A stretch of 64,000 bases of DNA, taken from NCBI RefSeq assembly GCF_963921235.1, contig NC_086097.1, positions 14,446,001 through 14,510,000 on the forward strand. The letters are read 5' to 3'. The position numbers and the translations under genes were made by a program. This DNA is from Mobula hypostoma. Taxonomy: Eukaryota. This document shows, in pieces, positions 1-12,627 of this stretch. The notes beneath the pieces are model-generated. The model ran no database searches. It was given only the letters and a program-made list of their open reading frames with translations, and had not been told where the DNA came from. Every line of letters starts with the position of its first letter. The first letter of the stretch is position 1.

Positions 1-2388
1 AGGTCAGAAGTGTGATTTAAGCAAAGCAATTACATGAATATGCACTTTTCTACTAATTTTTTTTCTTGCCTACATATGGTAGCAGTAATCGTTCTTCCCA
101 ATACAAGTTCTATACAATTTTTGAAAAAAGATAAAACACTCAAGGCAAAAAAGTCTACTAAAACTGATAGTCAATTAGACTTTACAATTACAGTGACAAG
201 AACAATTTTAGACCCACAAATTTACTGCAACAATTTCCATTTTTGAAAAAAAAAATTTTTTTGTTTTTTTTCTCTCTCTCCATTTTGTAAAATGCCCAGG
301 CATTCTCCATTAATACAAATACTGGTACACTTTTACAGTGATCAAGAAACTGTAATATATATATATTAAACCCCGTCACCAGTTGAATCAGAGAACCAAT
401 ATACACATGGCCATAATGGCACCCATGTATTTACTAAGCAAACTTCGGGAAAAAAAAACCTCTTGATCATTCAACAAACACGCACGCACGCACACACAAT
501 ATTTTTTTTGTATTTTTTTCCACTCTTGTAGATATTCAATACTGTAAACTTATTCGAGACTGAGTGCACTAAATTCTGTTCAGAACCAAAAAAAAATAAG
601 GAGTAGCCATTGTTCCTGATGAGTAACTGTCTTTATGTTCTTGTTGGGATTCTGGAGGCATCTTTTATTTTACTATTGAGCCTTGCTACAGTGGGGCTCC
701 CACAGTTTAAGCAGCATCCTGCAGTGTCAAATGATGAGCATAGATCGGCAGACCAGTTTCCGAAGTTGATTAGCTGGGTGGGGTGGGGGCTGGGTTAACT
801 GGGGATTAGGAATGTTGTCACATCTTCACCAACTTGTAGCGACTGGCGTGAAGGTCCGCTGATTGCTTTATTTTGTTTGTCTATAAATTCTGGATTGTTG
901 GTGCGTGGAGAACTCTAGAATCTAATGACGTACATCTTTCTCTTGTGTGATTTTTTTTCCTCTCTTCTTCAAATCAGCACTTTTTTTTTAAACTTCACAA
1001 AAAGTGGTTTTGCATTTGTCTCAGAGACTCATTAGGAAGATCAAGTATTCAAGGCACTCATGTCAAATCGAATGGCAGTATAAAAACTGTCAAATGACAT
1101 TAACTTTTTTTTTAATATAGTGCCAGCATTGTGAATGCTACGCTAAGCAACACTGACACTTTAATCTCAGTTGTTCCCTAATGTATATGATAACCCTTTT
1201 TGGACCATAGAATTCCCATAGTTTTTCTTGTTCAGAAGTCGCAGTTTCTATAATTAAAAAAACAAATACGTTAAGGTGCGGGTTCAAAAAAAGGAAATAT
1301 CTCAGGTACAAATTTAGCTCTTTAAAACACAATGGCCATAGACCATCCACTCCTGTTGGCAAAATACCTGTGCATTTCAGCAATAATGCATATCGCATAC
1401 AATCAAGCACAGATGTTTTGGTAGGCATTGGCAATAATGCACTTCTGATTTTGCTTGGTTCACTTTCGCTGTGCATTTTACTCACTAGTTAGTAACACAA
1501 ACTAAAAGATCGTTATTGCTTAGGTTAAATTTCTGGCCGGTATCACTGGGCACTGGATAGTAAATTCCCTCTCTCATCTGCCTGAGCTTTCTTTCTTTAC
1601 TTGTCATAAACTATATTAGTTTTAGCCAGGGGGAGGGTGGGGGTCAGTGACGAAAATTGACAACGGCAGTTCCAGATTCCAGTGGCTTTTAAGATCAGTG
1701 CTACATTTCGAACCCAGTTTGTGATTTAAAAAAAATGAGTTAAGTGCTACGATTAGGATTGTGATCCGCTGTGGCTCTCCCTTTTTCCTTAAAACACAAA
1801 TTGTAAGAAAAATATGTTTTTTGTGCAAATCCAATCTGCCTCACCCCAACCAACCCCCTCCTTGACACCGATGGCAAAGAAATTAAAGGAAATCAACAAA
1901 GGCGGCTTCTATCCAAGAAATTACTGTGTTAACTATTCGGTTCCAAATAAGCAGCGGCCCCAGAGAAGGGTTATTTCGATGGATCTGCACCTCAAAATGC
2001 AAGTAATCTCAGGTTTCCGTTTCTTTCTAAATAAAAAAAGAGGGTAAAATCATAAGGGATACCCTAAATAAAACAAAAGTTTCAAACAACGAAAAAATAA
2101 AAGAAAAATTGTACCTGCACATGATGCTTGAAAAAATATTTAAAAAAACAATAAATACAGAAATTATTGCACAGTGGAAAAGGCTCAACATTATTTTACT
2201 GCCTCTACATCACCCTCAGGTTTGATTGAGCATCTCAGACAGAAATTATACCTTGAAAATTAAGTGCCACAGGAGGCACTCTGGGCCGACTTTCTCAGTT
2301 AGCAATTAATTAAGCTTTACAATTGAATTTTTTTTTGTGTGTGTTTTTTTTTTGTTTTAAAACCAAGTCTCTTTTACTTCAAGGAGCT
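1..2388 (-). other. BCL11B: BCL11B 3' UTR (partial, continues beyond the window start)
   Basis: AT-rich sequence with no recognisable transposons directly after the TAA stop; U-rich tracts and miRNA seed matches on the minus strand. Confidence 0.8.
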
Positions 2389-3404
2389 TTAGCTTCTTTC
2401 TGCTTGTTCGATTTTAACGTCGCTTGTCAGTAAGTGTTCTCCGTGCCATTTTTTCATGTGTTTCTCAAGGGTGCTGTAAACGCTGAAGGGCATTTGACAA
2501 ATGTCGCACCTGTAAACCTCCTTGCCAATCTGGCCGTGCGTTTTCATGTGACGTGTCAGCTTGCTGCTCTGGGCGCATGCATAGTTGCAGAGCTCGCATT
2601 TGTAAGGCCGTTCGCCCGTGTGGCTCCTGCGGTGGACTGTCAAGTTGCTGCAGTTTTTGAACACTTTGCCGCAGTACTCGCAAGTGTCGCTCCGGCGTCC
2701 TTCCTTCGAGCTTGGCCGCCCCGGGCCGGGACCTCCCATGTGAGGGGTGCTGCCACTGCTGGCGGTGCCGCTGCGTCCGGATAGACCTCCGTCCAGCATG
2801 TCCCCGGGAGGGGTGGAGAATCTCAGGCTGCCGTTCTCCGACGAGTGCTCTGAAGAAGTGGCGAAGGGGGATTGTCTGGAGTCACCGAAGCCCAGGAAAG
2901 GGTCTTTCATGAAGTGCCTGGACGCCGCGTAGCCCACTAGCCACTGCGAGTAAACATTCTCGGAAGGGATTAAAGGCCCCGAGGGCAGGTCCAGGTCCTT
3001 CTCCATCTTGATTCTCTTTGAGGAGGCGACGGACGGAGAGGGGCTGGTGATCAAGGGGGGTTTCCGAGGCATCATGATAGGGAAGGTCTCCCCGGGCCCA
3101 AAGCTGCGCCCGTTCACCGTCCCGTCTTCTGGACGGTCCAGCTCGCCGGCGACCGAGTCCTCGTCCCCGGTGTCCCTCTGGCCGTCGGATGAGCGCTTGG
3201 AGAAGGTGTTGCGTTTTTGCTTGTCTGCCAGCACGTCCCCATAGTGCTGGATGGCTCGCAGCCCCACGTTCTCCATGACCTTGCCCAGGACACAGTGCTT
3301 CTCGTTGATGGGCAGCTTGAAGCCGTTCTCCCGGTTGCGGCTCAGCTCGGAGTCCATGCTGAAGCTGGACTCTGGCCGGCTCTCGTTCTCCAGCTCCTCC
3401 TCCT

Positions 3405-3435
<31 letters not shown>

Positions 3436-4394
3436 GTTCTCGTTCAGGAGGCCGGCGCCAAAGTTGGTGGCTCCCCCGCCCTTGAGCCCGCAGCCTTCAC
3501 CGGCGGGGTGCTCGCTGGTGCCAGGCTCGGGGGAGCTGGTGGCGGACAGCCCGTCGTCTGACCGGCCCGTCACCGAGGCCCCCTTGTGCAGGTGCGTCTT
3601 CATGTGCCGTTTCAGCTTGCTGGCCTGCGAGCAGGCGTGGTCGCACAGCTGACACTTGTAGGGCTTCTCCCCTGTGTGGCTCCGCCGGTGGACGATCAAG
3701 TTACTCTGGAACTTGAAGGTCTTGCCGCAGAACTCGCAGGACTTGGTCTTGGCCTGCGACTGTGGTGGCGTGGTGCTGCTCGGGGGCATGGGGGGCAGCG
3801 GCGGCGTGCTGAGGAAGGGCGACTTGGGGCTGGGCTGGAAGGGCTGGAGCAGACGGTGCATAGGATTGTGCCGGCTGGGCGAGAGGGGCGGAGTCGAACT
3901 GCTGTTCCCCGCCAGCTCCCGAAGCCTCCTGGAGAAGTCCATGGTCTGAGACTCCATGCCCAGTGGGTGGTTTAAGCGCATTACTCTGTCAAAGGCACTG
4001 TGATGCTGAGATACCAAGCCCATCTCGTCGGCACTAAGGCGGTCCAAGCGATGGGGGTCTAGGTGGTGCCGAGGAGGCGGGCTAAAGATGGGAGGGGTGC
4101 TGGGGAGGCGTCCGTCGCCGAAGCCAGGGTGCTCCTGGAGGATGGGGCCTGTCATCCGCAGCAGGCTGAAGGGGTTGTTCTCGCCCAGGAAGCTGGTAAG
4201 AGGCGACTGCGAGATGGGGTCCGGGCCCAGGGAGGGGGGAAGGCCAATCCGAGGGGTAAGGGGGCTGCTGGACGGGTGCGTCTCCAGGTAAATGCGGAAT
4301 CCGTGTGTGTTCTGTGCATGTTGGAGCAGGAACCAGGCGCTCGTGAAGGGCTGCTTGCATGTTGTGCAAATGTAGCTAGAAGGCTCATCTTTGC
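2389..4394 (-). CDS. BCL11B: BCL11B (CTIP2) terminal coding exon, C2H2 zinc-finger transcription factor; upstream exons lie outside the window or were not recognised
   Basis: The 588-aa ORF 2389..4155 extends in frame to a splice acceptor, ctctgttttcttgcag|GC AAA GAT GAG CCT ([32 protein letters not shown]). It contains the fingers [21 protein letters not shown] and [21 protein letters not shown] and a poly-Glu tract. The C-terminus [21 protein letters not shown] matches BCL11B rather than BCL11A. Confidence 0.96.
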
Positions 4395-4415
4395 CTGCAA
4401 GAAAACAGAGGAAAC
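4395..4415 (-). promoter_or_regulatory. 3' splice acceptor and polypyrimidine tract of the last BCL11B intron
   Basis: The minus strand reads tttcctctgttttcttgcAG immediately before the conserved phase-1 G|GC AAA GAT exon start. Confidence 0.9.
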
Positions 4416-5654
4416 CATTAGTTCAATCAGGTTCACCGGCAGCCTCTTTTTATACAGTAGCTGAGTGCAGAAAGACGCAGGCAGAAAAATCATGGCGGAA
4501 CACTACCCACACAGCAAACTGACTTTCCAAAAACCTTCCTTTGGAAAGTGCTGTAGAGCTATAAAAACAAAAACTTCACGCCGTCTTAAAAGTTTCTACC
4601 CCCAGGCAGTTAATCTGATCAACCATTCTAGTTAGCTAACCCCCCCCCCATATCTAATCCCTCAGTCACTGCAGTTTGTAAACACATTAAACCACTTTTT
4701 ATAATTCTGCTTTCATTATAAATACATGCTGGTATTTATATATTTATGCACATTTTATTCCATTTCCGTACTTCTAACTTTATTTTTACATAATTCTTAA
4801 TAATTGTCGAATGCTGTTGTTTTTGCTGCATGTCGCACTGTCACACCACAGCAAATTCCTAACACATGTCAATATGTATAGTAAATAAAACTGATCCGTG
4901 ATCCTTGACAGAATTGTTCTCAGACACCAAAGACAGGAAGGAGTTGGGTTCCATAGAGGACAGGGTGAGGAAGCGCACTAGAGAGATGCAGGGAAGGGGT
5001 TCCGCAGGCGAGGGCTTGGTCGTCCCATTGAAAATCGGGCATGAACAAGGTTGAGGAGGGTGCAGAGATCTATTGGCTGGAAGAGCTTTAATAAGTGTTG
5101 TGAGGACAGTCCAGTGGAGGGCTCCTGAGCAGCGGGTTGAGACATAGATGTAAGCCAGTGAGCACAGGATAGAGCAGGGTGAGTGGGAGCTGGAGTGAGT
5201 CTGGAAACCTTGCATACTTCTTATACAGATCAAATCATTACACAGTGCATTGAGCTGGAATTAGGTAGAACAGTAACAATGCAGAATAAAGTGTAAAAGC
5301 CAGCAAAAAAGTGCGGTGCATGTAAATGATGAAGTGCTAGATCATAATGAGGTAGATTGTGAGACCAAGAAGCCATCTTATCATAAAAAAAGATCGTTCA
5401 TGATTTTGATAACAGAACAGAAGCTATCACTGAGCTTTCAGGCTTTTATATTTTCTGCCCAGTGGGAGAGGGGAGCAGGGAGAATGTCTGGGGTGAGATG
5501 TCTCTGATAATGCTGACTGTTTTTCCTCAGGGACTGAGACGGGTAGACAGAGTCCACAGAAGACAGGCTGGTTCCTGTGATGTGCTGAGGTGTGTCCACC
5601 AAAAATGTCCAAGTTACTGGGAGCCAACTCATCCTTGAATGACTCATCCTGTTG

Positions 5655-5935
5655 TCACACATGGCAATGTAGTGGTTAGCACAAGGTTTTACAGTCCCCG
5701 CAACCGGGGTCGATTTCCTGCTGCTGCCTGCAAGGAGTTTGTACTTTCTCCCTGTAACCGTGCGGGTTTCCTCAGGGTGCTCCTGTTCCTTCCCACAGTC
5801 CAAAAACGTACCGGTTAGTTGGTTAATTGGCCATTGTACGCTATCCCGTAATTAGGCTGGGCTTAATCAGGGACGGCTGGGCAGCTCGGCTCAAAGGGCC
5901 CGAAGGGCCTATCCTCGCCGTAACTCAGGAAGTAA
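5655..5935 (+). mobile_element. tRNA-derived SINE, HE1/V-SINE-like
   Basis: tRNA-like head (gtagtggttagc...ggggtcgatttcc) plus V-domain-like core gggtttcctcagggtgctcctgttccttcccacagtccaaaaacgtac. Many copies occur in the window. Confidence 0.8.
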
Positions 5936-6129
5936 ATTTTTAAAAAACTGCTGCACTGGTGGTCAGCAGAGGAGTGGGGAGGTGTGTTCAGGCAGGGGAG
6001 TTAGTTCATAATAAATGGTATGGGCACCGGTAGTAGGGTACAGGGGAGATAAAATACCCGGCCCCAGTGTGTGGAGTGTGTTCTTCACTGCCAAGACTCC
6101 TGACTGGTGTTCGATAAATGTACCAAGGA

Positions 6130-6600
6130 AAGAGGTGAGTGAGAATACCTGGGCTCTAACAACGCTGACGCAGGGAGAGGAGAATGAGAATACTTGGACT
6201 CTAACAATGCTGACACAGGGAGAGGAGAATGAGAATACCTGGGCTCTAACAACACTGACAGACACAGGGAGAGGAGAGTGAGAATACCTGGGCTCTAACA
6301 ACGCTGACAGACACAGGGAGAGGAGAGTGAGAATACCTGGGCTCTAATAACGCTGACAGACACAGGGAGAGGTGAGTGAGAATACCTGGGCTCTAACAAC
6401 ACTGACAGAGGGAGGGAGAGGAGAGTGAAAATACCTGGGCTCTAACAACACTGACACAGGGAGAGGTGAGTGAGATTACCTGGGCTCTAACAATGCTGAC
6501 AGAGCAGAGGGAGGGAGAGGCGAGTGAGAATACCTGACAGACACAGGGAGAGGAGAGTGAGAATATCTGGCCTCTAACAACACTGACAGAGGGAGGGAGA
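6130..6600. repeat. Minisatellite, about 10 copies of a 45-49 bp unit
   Basis: Unit GGGAGAGGAGAGTGAGAATACCTGGGCTCTAACAACACTGACAGACACA repeated with small indels. Confidence 0.92.
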
Positions 6601-7654
6601 GCTAAACAGCCTCCTTCTGAGAGCGAGGGTCATCTGACACAGGTAATGCTCACTGCTGCTTTGTGTCCGGACCTTTAACACAATGTGATATAGGGGACCA
6701 AAAGAGAAACTATGTGTGCAGTTGCCCTCATCACTTGTACATTTCAATGAAAGTCAATTTTCTATTAGTCTGATTTAATGCTTTGACAGAATCAATTATA
6801 ATACACACATCTAAAAGCTACTTTTAATAATTACCGAACAGAGTCTGGACTTAGTCAAGTAACATTATCTTCACTGGTGGATGAAGGTAAACTGAACACC
6901 AATACTAAAATAGGTTAACGGTTGAGACCTGTTAATCTCCCTCGAGCCGAGACCTGTTAATCCTCACATTATCAACAATTCAATTTTTTTAAATTTCAGA
7001 GATACAGCATGCAATAAGCCCTTCCGACCCAATGAGCCACACCTATTTAACCCTAGCCTAATCACAGGACCAATTTACATGTGACCAGCCCATGGACGGA
7101 TTTCCAACATCTTCTCAAATGGGCATGGGAGACCCTGACTGAAATGACTGTGTTTCAGTACCACTGCCTCCTGATCTCAAGTTCAATCTGAAAGTGTCCT
7201 TTTGGTTGTCAAGAGCCACTTAAAAACATGTGAATTCATTTAGCTCCTTCCATGACTTCAGGGCTTCTGAATGGACTTTACAATGTGTGCTGCCTTGGAA
7301 CTCTGTAATACAAGTATTCCTCGATTCACCAACATTCAATTAGTAATTTTTCTCTGCAATGCTACTGATCTTTTGGGGACATATCTTCCTAAATGATCTC
7401 CCTCATGTTTGGGAACATCCATCCCTCGAGATGAGATGGCCAACCTGATGAATGGTGTGATCCTGTCTATTAAATAATCTGTTTCGGCCTGATCTCCAGA
7501 AGCAAGTATTGACTCATACGGTAAACAGGCCCTTCGGCCCAACTAGTCTGCACTGATCAAGATACCTCATAAACCAGTATCTGGTCCATAGCCTTCTAAA
7601 CCTTTCCATATCATTACCTGTCAACTGTCTTTTAATGACTGCTATTGTATCTAG

Positions 7655-8000
7655 CAACACACACAGAATGCTGGAGGAACTCAGCAGATCAGGTAACATC
7701 TATGGAAAAGAATAAACAGTCGACGTTTTGGGCCAAGACCCTGCTTCAGGACAGAGAGTCTCAGCCAGAAACATCGACTGTCTATTCATTCCCATAGATG
7801 TAGCCTGCCGTGCTCAGTTTCTCCGACATTTTGTGTCCTGACGAAGGGTTCCCGCCCGAAACGTTGACTGTTCATTTCCACGGATGCTGCCCGACCTGCT
7901 GAGTTCCTCCAGCATGTTTGAATGTTACTTTGACCCCAGCATCTGCAGAGTATTTTGTGTGTGTTGCTCTGGAACTCCAGTACCTGCAGAATCTTCCCTG
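7655..8000. mobile_element. PLE family 1 terminal-repeat cluster (one inverted arm plus tandem plus-strand arms)
   Basis: aacacacacagaatgctggaggaactcagcag... and its reverse complement repeated; hammerhead-like core at 7838-7865. Confidence 0.75.
7835..7868 (+). ncRNA. Minimal type I hammerhead ribozyme motif (PLE family 1)
   Basis: GTC-CTGACGA-A-GGG TTCCCG CCC-GAAA-CGTT-GAC. Confidence 0.6.
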
Positions 8001-8364
8001 TTTGCTTTTGCCCTTGCCTCAATTAATACCTCTGGCAGCTCATTTCATATATTCACCATCCTTTGTGTAAAAAAGTTGCCCCCTCAAGCTCCTACTAAAT
8101 CTTTGCCCTCTCATCTTAAACCTATTCCCTCTAGTTCCTGATTCCCTGCCCTATTTAAGCACTTGATCACTTTATACAAGGTCATCTCTCAGTCTCCTAC
8201 ACTCCAAGGAATCAAGGCGTACCCTGTCCAACCTCCCCCTACAACTCAGTCCCTCAAGTCTTTCCAAATCTTTACTGCATGCTTTCCAGTTCGATCACAT
8301 CTTTCCTACAGCAGGTGACTAAAACTGAATCTTCCTCGGGGAATTCTTCTTTCCCCTCACTGGA

Positions 8365-8480
8365 AAAGCAGCACTTCTGCCAGCATAGCTCTCCCTCAGT
8401 TCTGCACCGGCATTTTAGCCTAGACTTACGACTGAGACTCCGGTGCGGGACTTGAACCCAAGACTCAACGGCAGGGCAGA
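8365..8480 (-). mobile_element. Old SacSINE1/AmnSINE1-like (Deu-SINE) remnant
   Basis: ctccctcagttctgcaccggcattttagcctagac...gggacttgaaccca resembles the reverse complement of a Deu-SINE 5' region with a B-box (recognised from memory). Confidence 0.45.
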
Positions 8481-10069
8481 GGCGCGGCTAATGTCGCCGT
8501 GAATTAGGGCCTCCCCAGGGGTGGATGGGAAAGGAAGCAAAGAGATTTGGAGCGCAGCTTGTAACGCAGGAACAGCCAGCCCACTGACGGCTGTTACAAA
8601 CTGAGCCTTGCACGTTATCCACGCAGGCCCCGGGTCTCTGGAGTTCCTGCTGCCAGTTCGGTATTAAGGTTGTCCACCCAGCTCATCTGCACCACACAGG
8701 GGCTGTAAGGAGGTCCCAGGAGTGGTATTCTATCCGTTTAATGAGCAACCGCATCCTTCACCTTGGGTTTTACCTACTTTTCCTGGCTTTAAATTAATCA
8801 ATTAATCAGAGACAGCTGTTCAATTAGACGTCTAAAAATTTACAGGCGATCTCTACAGCCATTTCCATATGGTGCCTGATGAGGGGAACTTTAATGACCT
8901 GCTCACTGCTGCTCTACTCAATGAAGAGTACCATTAATGTTTTTTCATTAAGGCTGTCCCAGTACATTGTGTTAATATGATAGCCTAATTCTTTATCTTT
9001 TACTGACAGGAGTTAACCCTCGCCACCCCCCAAGTTACACACAGCGACAGACGAAGGCTCAAGAAGGAGCCTTCCTCCTCTGCCTCTCCTTTGTCCCCGC
9101 CCCCCGCCACCCTCCCAACTCTGCAAAAGGCATATACGTCGAGTAAGTGTCAAGATACACAGTACAAAGAACATTTATTATGTTGGCCTGGGAATTCCAC
9201 TCACACTGGTGCCTGGCCAAGGGAAAGAACGCAGCAAAATAGTGGGGAGGAGATAAACCCATTGCAAGGCAGTGAGGTGAAACAGACGGTATGGCTCAGG
9301 CATCTGTTGAACACACCGTCTATTGTTCAATCTCACTGCAGCCTATAGAATTAATAATCAGCTACTGGGTGTATTGGGTGCCTCATTCAAAAATCACCCG
9401 CTATATCACTGCCCAAGACAATACTACTACCAGGCTGATACAACACCAGTGACCTCTCACCACTCCAACATCAATGCACAGCCAGCTAACACACAGTCTT
9501 TTCATTACAAGTGTTCAAGGGGTGAGCCTAAAATGTAAACTGAATTCCCACAATGAACAAAGTTTTGATATCCTCTCGCTGACCCCAGTCGGCGCTCTAG
9601 CGGCCTCCAGGCAGGATCTTCACAAAGATGCCTTTAAATGTTTCCAACCAAGCTCGCTCACAACCCTTTAGCGCAGTGTCCACAGCAGATCCGTTCAGTT
9701 CGGCTACCCCTATGGTGGAAAAAAAAACAATGCCTTGCATTGTGAACCTCTTGTCACTTGAAAAGCATGTCCCTGGCTACGAGCCACAGGAACTGGAAGG
9801 GACCTTTCGGGCAATCAATCTCTCAGTGATTCTTCACTGAATTTAACACTTCTACCTCCCTCCCCCCTCCCATTTACCAGCCTCCCCCCTTACTCTGCTC
9901 CACAAGAAAGGCATCTTGCTAGCTTTTTAACCCACACTTGTCTCCGTATCTTTTTTACCTCCTTGTAACTCAGACCGATGGCACTCAACAACTCATACCC
10001 ATTGTCTAATATTTATTCTTTCTACAATCTCCTGATAATTACTTTTCATTCGTTAAATTTATTTATTTA

Positions 10070-10345
10070 TTGAGATACAGTGCAGAACAGGCCCTTCTGG
10101 CCCTTTGAGCCATGCTATCCAGCAACCCCCCAATCTAACACTATCCTAGTCGTGGGACAATTTACAATGACCTATTAACCGAGCAACCAGTACGTCTTTG
10201 GACTGTTAGAGCAATCTGGAGCACCTGAAGGAAACCTACGCGCTCACGGGAAGAACGTACAAATTCCTTCAATGCAACAGCAGGAACTGAAACTGGGTCA
10301 CTGGTTCTGTAAAGCACTGCGTTAGCCACTATGGCACCGTGCTGC
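10070..10345 (-). mobile_element. HE1/V-SINE-like SINE
   Basis: Reverse complement of the 5655-5935 family (gtacgtctttggactg...ggagcacctgaaggaaacc). Confidence 0.78.
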
Positions 10346-10992
10346 CCCACTCTTGGTGTCAACTACCGCAAAATAACTAAAGATGGTGTCATAAAAGAGT
10401 GAGAGAGAGAAAGAGAAGGAAGGAAGAAAGAGAATGGAAAAATATGTATATGGGGGGCAAATCTTGCTTGTGGACTTGCTTTGATCATCGTGCTTACAGC
10501 AAGGATGTATAAAATTACTAACAGCAGAGATAGGGTCAAAGTGAAGAGTCTTTTTTCCCCCAGGGTTGGGATCAAGAACTGAAGGACAAAGGTTTCCAGT
10601 GAGAGGGAAGAGATTTAATAGGAGCTTGAATATAGTTTGGCTATATTGCAATAGTTGTGATTGTAAGTAATCTTGCACTGTAAAAGTTGCATTAGAGCAG
10701 GATTATCTACAAAAAATAAAAAGTTAATTTACTTCATTGTCTGTCAGGGTACTCAGGAACTCGGGAACACTCAAGCACCAAGTCGTGGTATAACAGAACA
10801 GTAGCTGGCTCCACCGTGCAGACTTAAAACAGGCTTGCTGAGTATGATTGCAAAGAAACCAGCATAGTCTGGCTAATGCAAACAGTGCTCCCTAAACTAT
10901 CAACTGTGTTAGAAGCAATTTAAATCATGAAAACACATTTTACAGCAGATCTTTACAAGGTTGCTTAAGAGAAAATTTATTGGTGACTCAGA

Positions 10993-11210
10993 AACACTGG
11001 AGATTCTGCAGATGCTGGAAATCCAGAATAACACACACACACAATGTGGGAGAAACTCAGCAGTCTGTGTTTTGGGCTGAGACCCTTCATCAGGGCTCAT
11101 GAGCAGCCTTGATAAAGATCCTGATCAAGGGTGCTGATCTGATATGTTGACTGTTTCTTCATTTCCATAAACGCTGCCTGACCTGCTGAGTTCCTCCAGC
11201 ATTTTGTGTG
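10993..11210. mobile_element. Palindromic non-coding PLE family 1 derivative with 12-bp TSD
   Basis: Inverted arms flanked by TGGTGACTCAGA at 10981-10992 and 11211-11222. Confidence 0.8.
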
Positions 11211-12234
11211 TGGTGACTCAGAGGTTTGGCTCTGTGCTGGCTTTACATCTGTATCCATAGTAGTAAGACCTTATCTGAAGCCCTACCTCTGAGCCACTAG
11301 ATTCCCTGAATCAGTTAATCACTGTTTTCTTTAATTCTCCTGCCTTAAACAGTCACTCCCTCCAGCATTAGAACACTGCGACCACAGTGTGCACCAGCTG
11401 CAAGACTAATTTCAACATCTCACCAAGGCTTTCCCCGTCACACCTCTTGAACTTATGAGCCCACAGCCAGAGAATGGGGCAGCAGGTGTTAGGGAATGCC
11501 ATCCCTTTTCAACGCCCCTCCATGTTTGGTATCCTACCCTTGCACCAAATTACCTTGCCTTTGTCACTGTCACATGGCTGGCTTCCTATCTAACTGAATG
11601 GGGGGGGGCGGGGTACCTTCCCAATCCCAGCTATGGTAGTCAAGAATTCACCTCAGCAATGACATTCTCAAAGGCGTTCAGGAGAGTGCGATAATCGCTA
11701 GCCTCACCGGCATTTTCTCTCATGGGCCATACAAAGCAAAGGCATGATCTGAAAGCTACGAGAGGCAAGTTAGAGCACAAAAACTTTCCAAGGCCAGACT
11801 GAACTGCAAACTCGCCTCTCAGCCTAATGCACAATGTCTTCCCATGTCCAATGAGCGCTCGTCAACACTAATACAATGTGCCTGTTCATAATTTGGTTTA
11901 GAAGAGTGACATTTTGTAGTTTTATCATAACTGAGGCCCAGTGAAGAGAATAAAATGCAGACTGAAGCTGTACAACCATCACTTAAACCATCTGAGAGTC
12001 TTAACCCAGAGCAATGATTTAGATTCAGCAACTGGGATCAACTCTTCCTTAAAACCAGATTCCTTGATGATGGTGGGATTAAAAAAAAGCACTAAACAGG
12101 GTTGGACCACTTACTTTTTCAGTGTAATGTTTATATTAACATACCTGCCAATAGATTTGGGAGCTAAATGCATTGTCCTTTGAAACTGTTACCTTGTTGG
12201 GTAATCTGTTTCACTCACGAATGAGTTTGAGGCA

Positions 12235-12580
12235 AGAAATCTCACCAACGCCTCAGCTTTCTGAGGAGGCTGAAGAGAGCTGGACTGTGTATACCAATTC
12301 TCACCACCTTCTACAGTTGTGCATCCTAACATGGAAACTGCACTGTGGTCGAACAGGAGGGCTCTTCAATGGGTGGTCAAAACTGCCCAACTCATCAGCG
12401 GCACCAGTCTACCCACCATCAGGGACATTCTTACAGAATGGTGCCGGGAACAGGCCAGCAATATCGTGAGGGATCCCACCCACCCTGCTCGTGGACAGCT
12501 TTCCCCACTCCCATCAGGGAAGACACAAAGCAATGCTCACGCCAGGACTAGTGATATCCCCAAGCTGTCAAGCTGAGTAA
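12235..12580 (+). mobile_element. Rex1/Babar-like LINE 3' fragment
   Basis: Degenerate peptide ...RALQWVVKTAQLISGTSLPTIRDI...DPTHPARGQLSPLPSG. Confidence 0.7.
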
Positions 12581-12627
12581 CACCTGCAAAATGCTACAGG
12601 AACTCAGCAGGTCAGGCAGCATCTATA

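Noticed and set aside
2389..4155. BCL11A assignment, or a standalone intronless gene starting at Met 4155
   Set aside because: The C-terminus is BCL11B-type, and homology continues upstream of that Met to a canonical splice acceptor at 4395.
2434..4464. Multiple plus-strand and alternative-frame ORFs overlapping BCL11B, including a poly-Ser/poly-Leu frame
   Set aside because: These are expected shadows of a GC-rich coding exon and its GAG repeat, with no independent protein features.
5655..5730. tRNA gene
   Set aside because: The A/B-box-like head runs directly into a SINE body that is repeated many times, and no complete cloverleaf is evident.
6130..6600. CRISPR-like repeat-spacer array
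   Set aside because: The sequences between repeats are variants of one another rather than unique spacers, and no cas genes are present.
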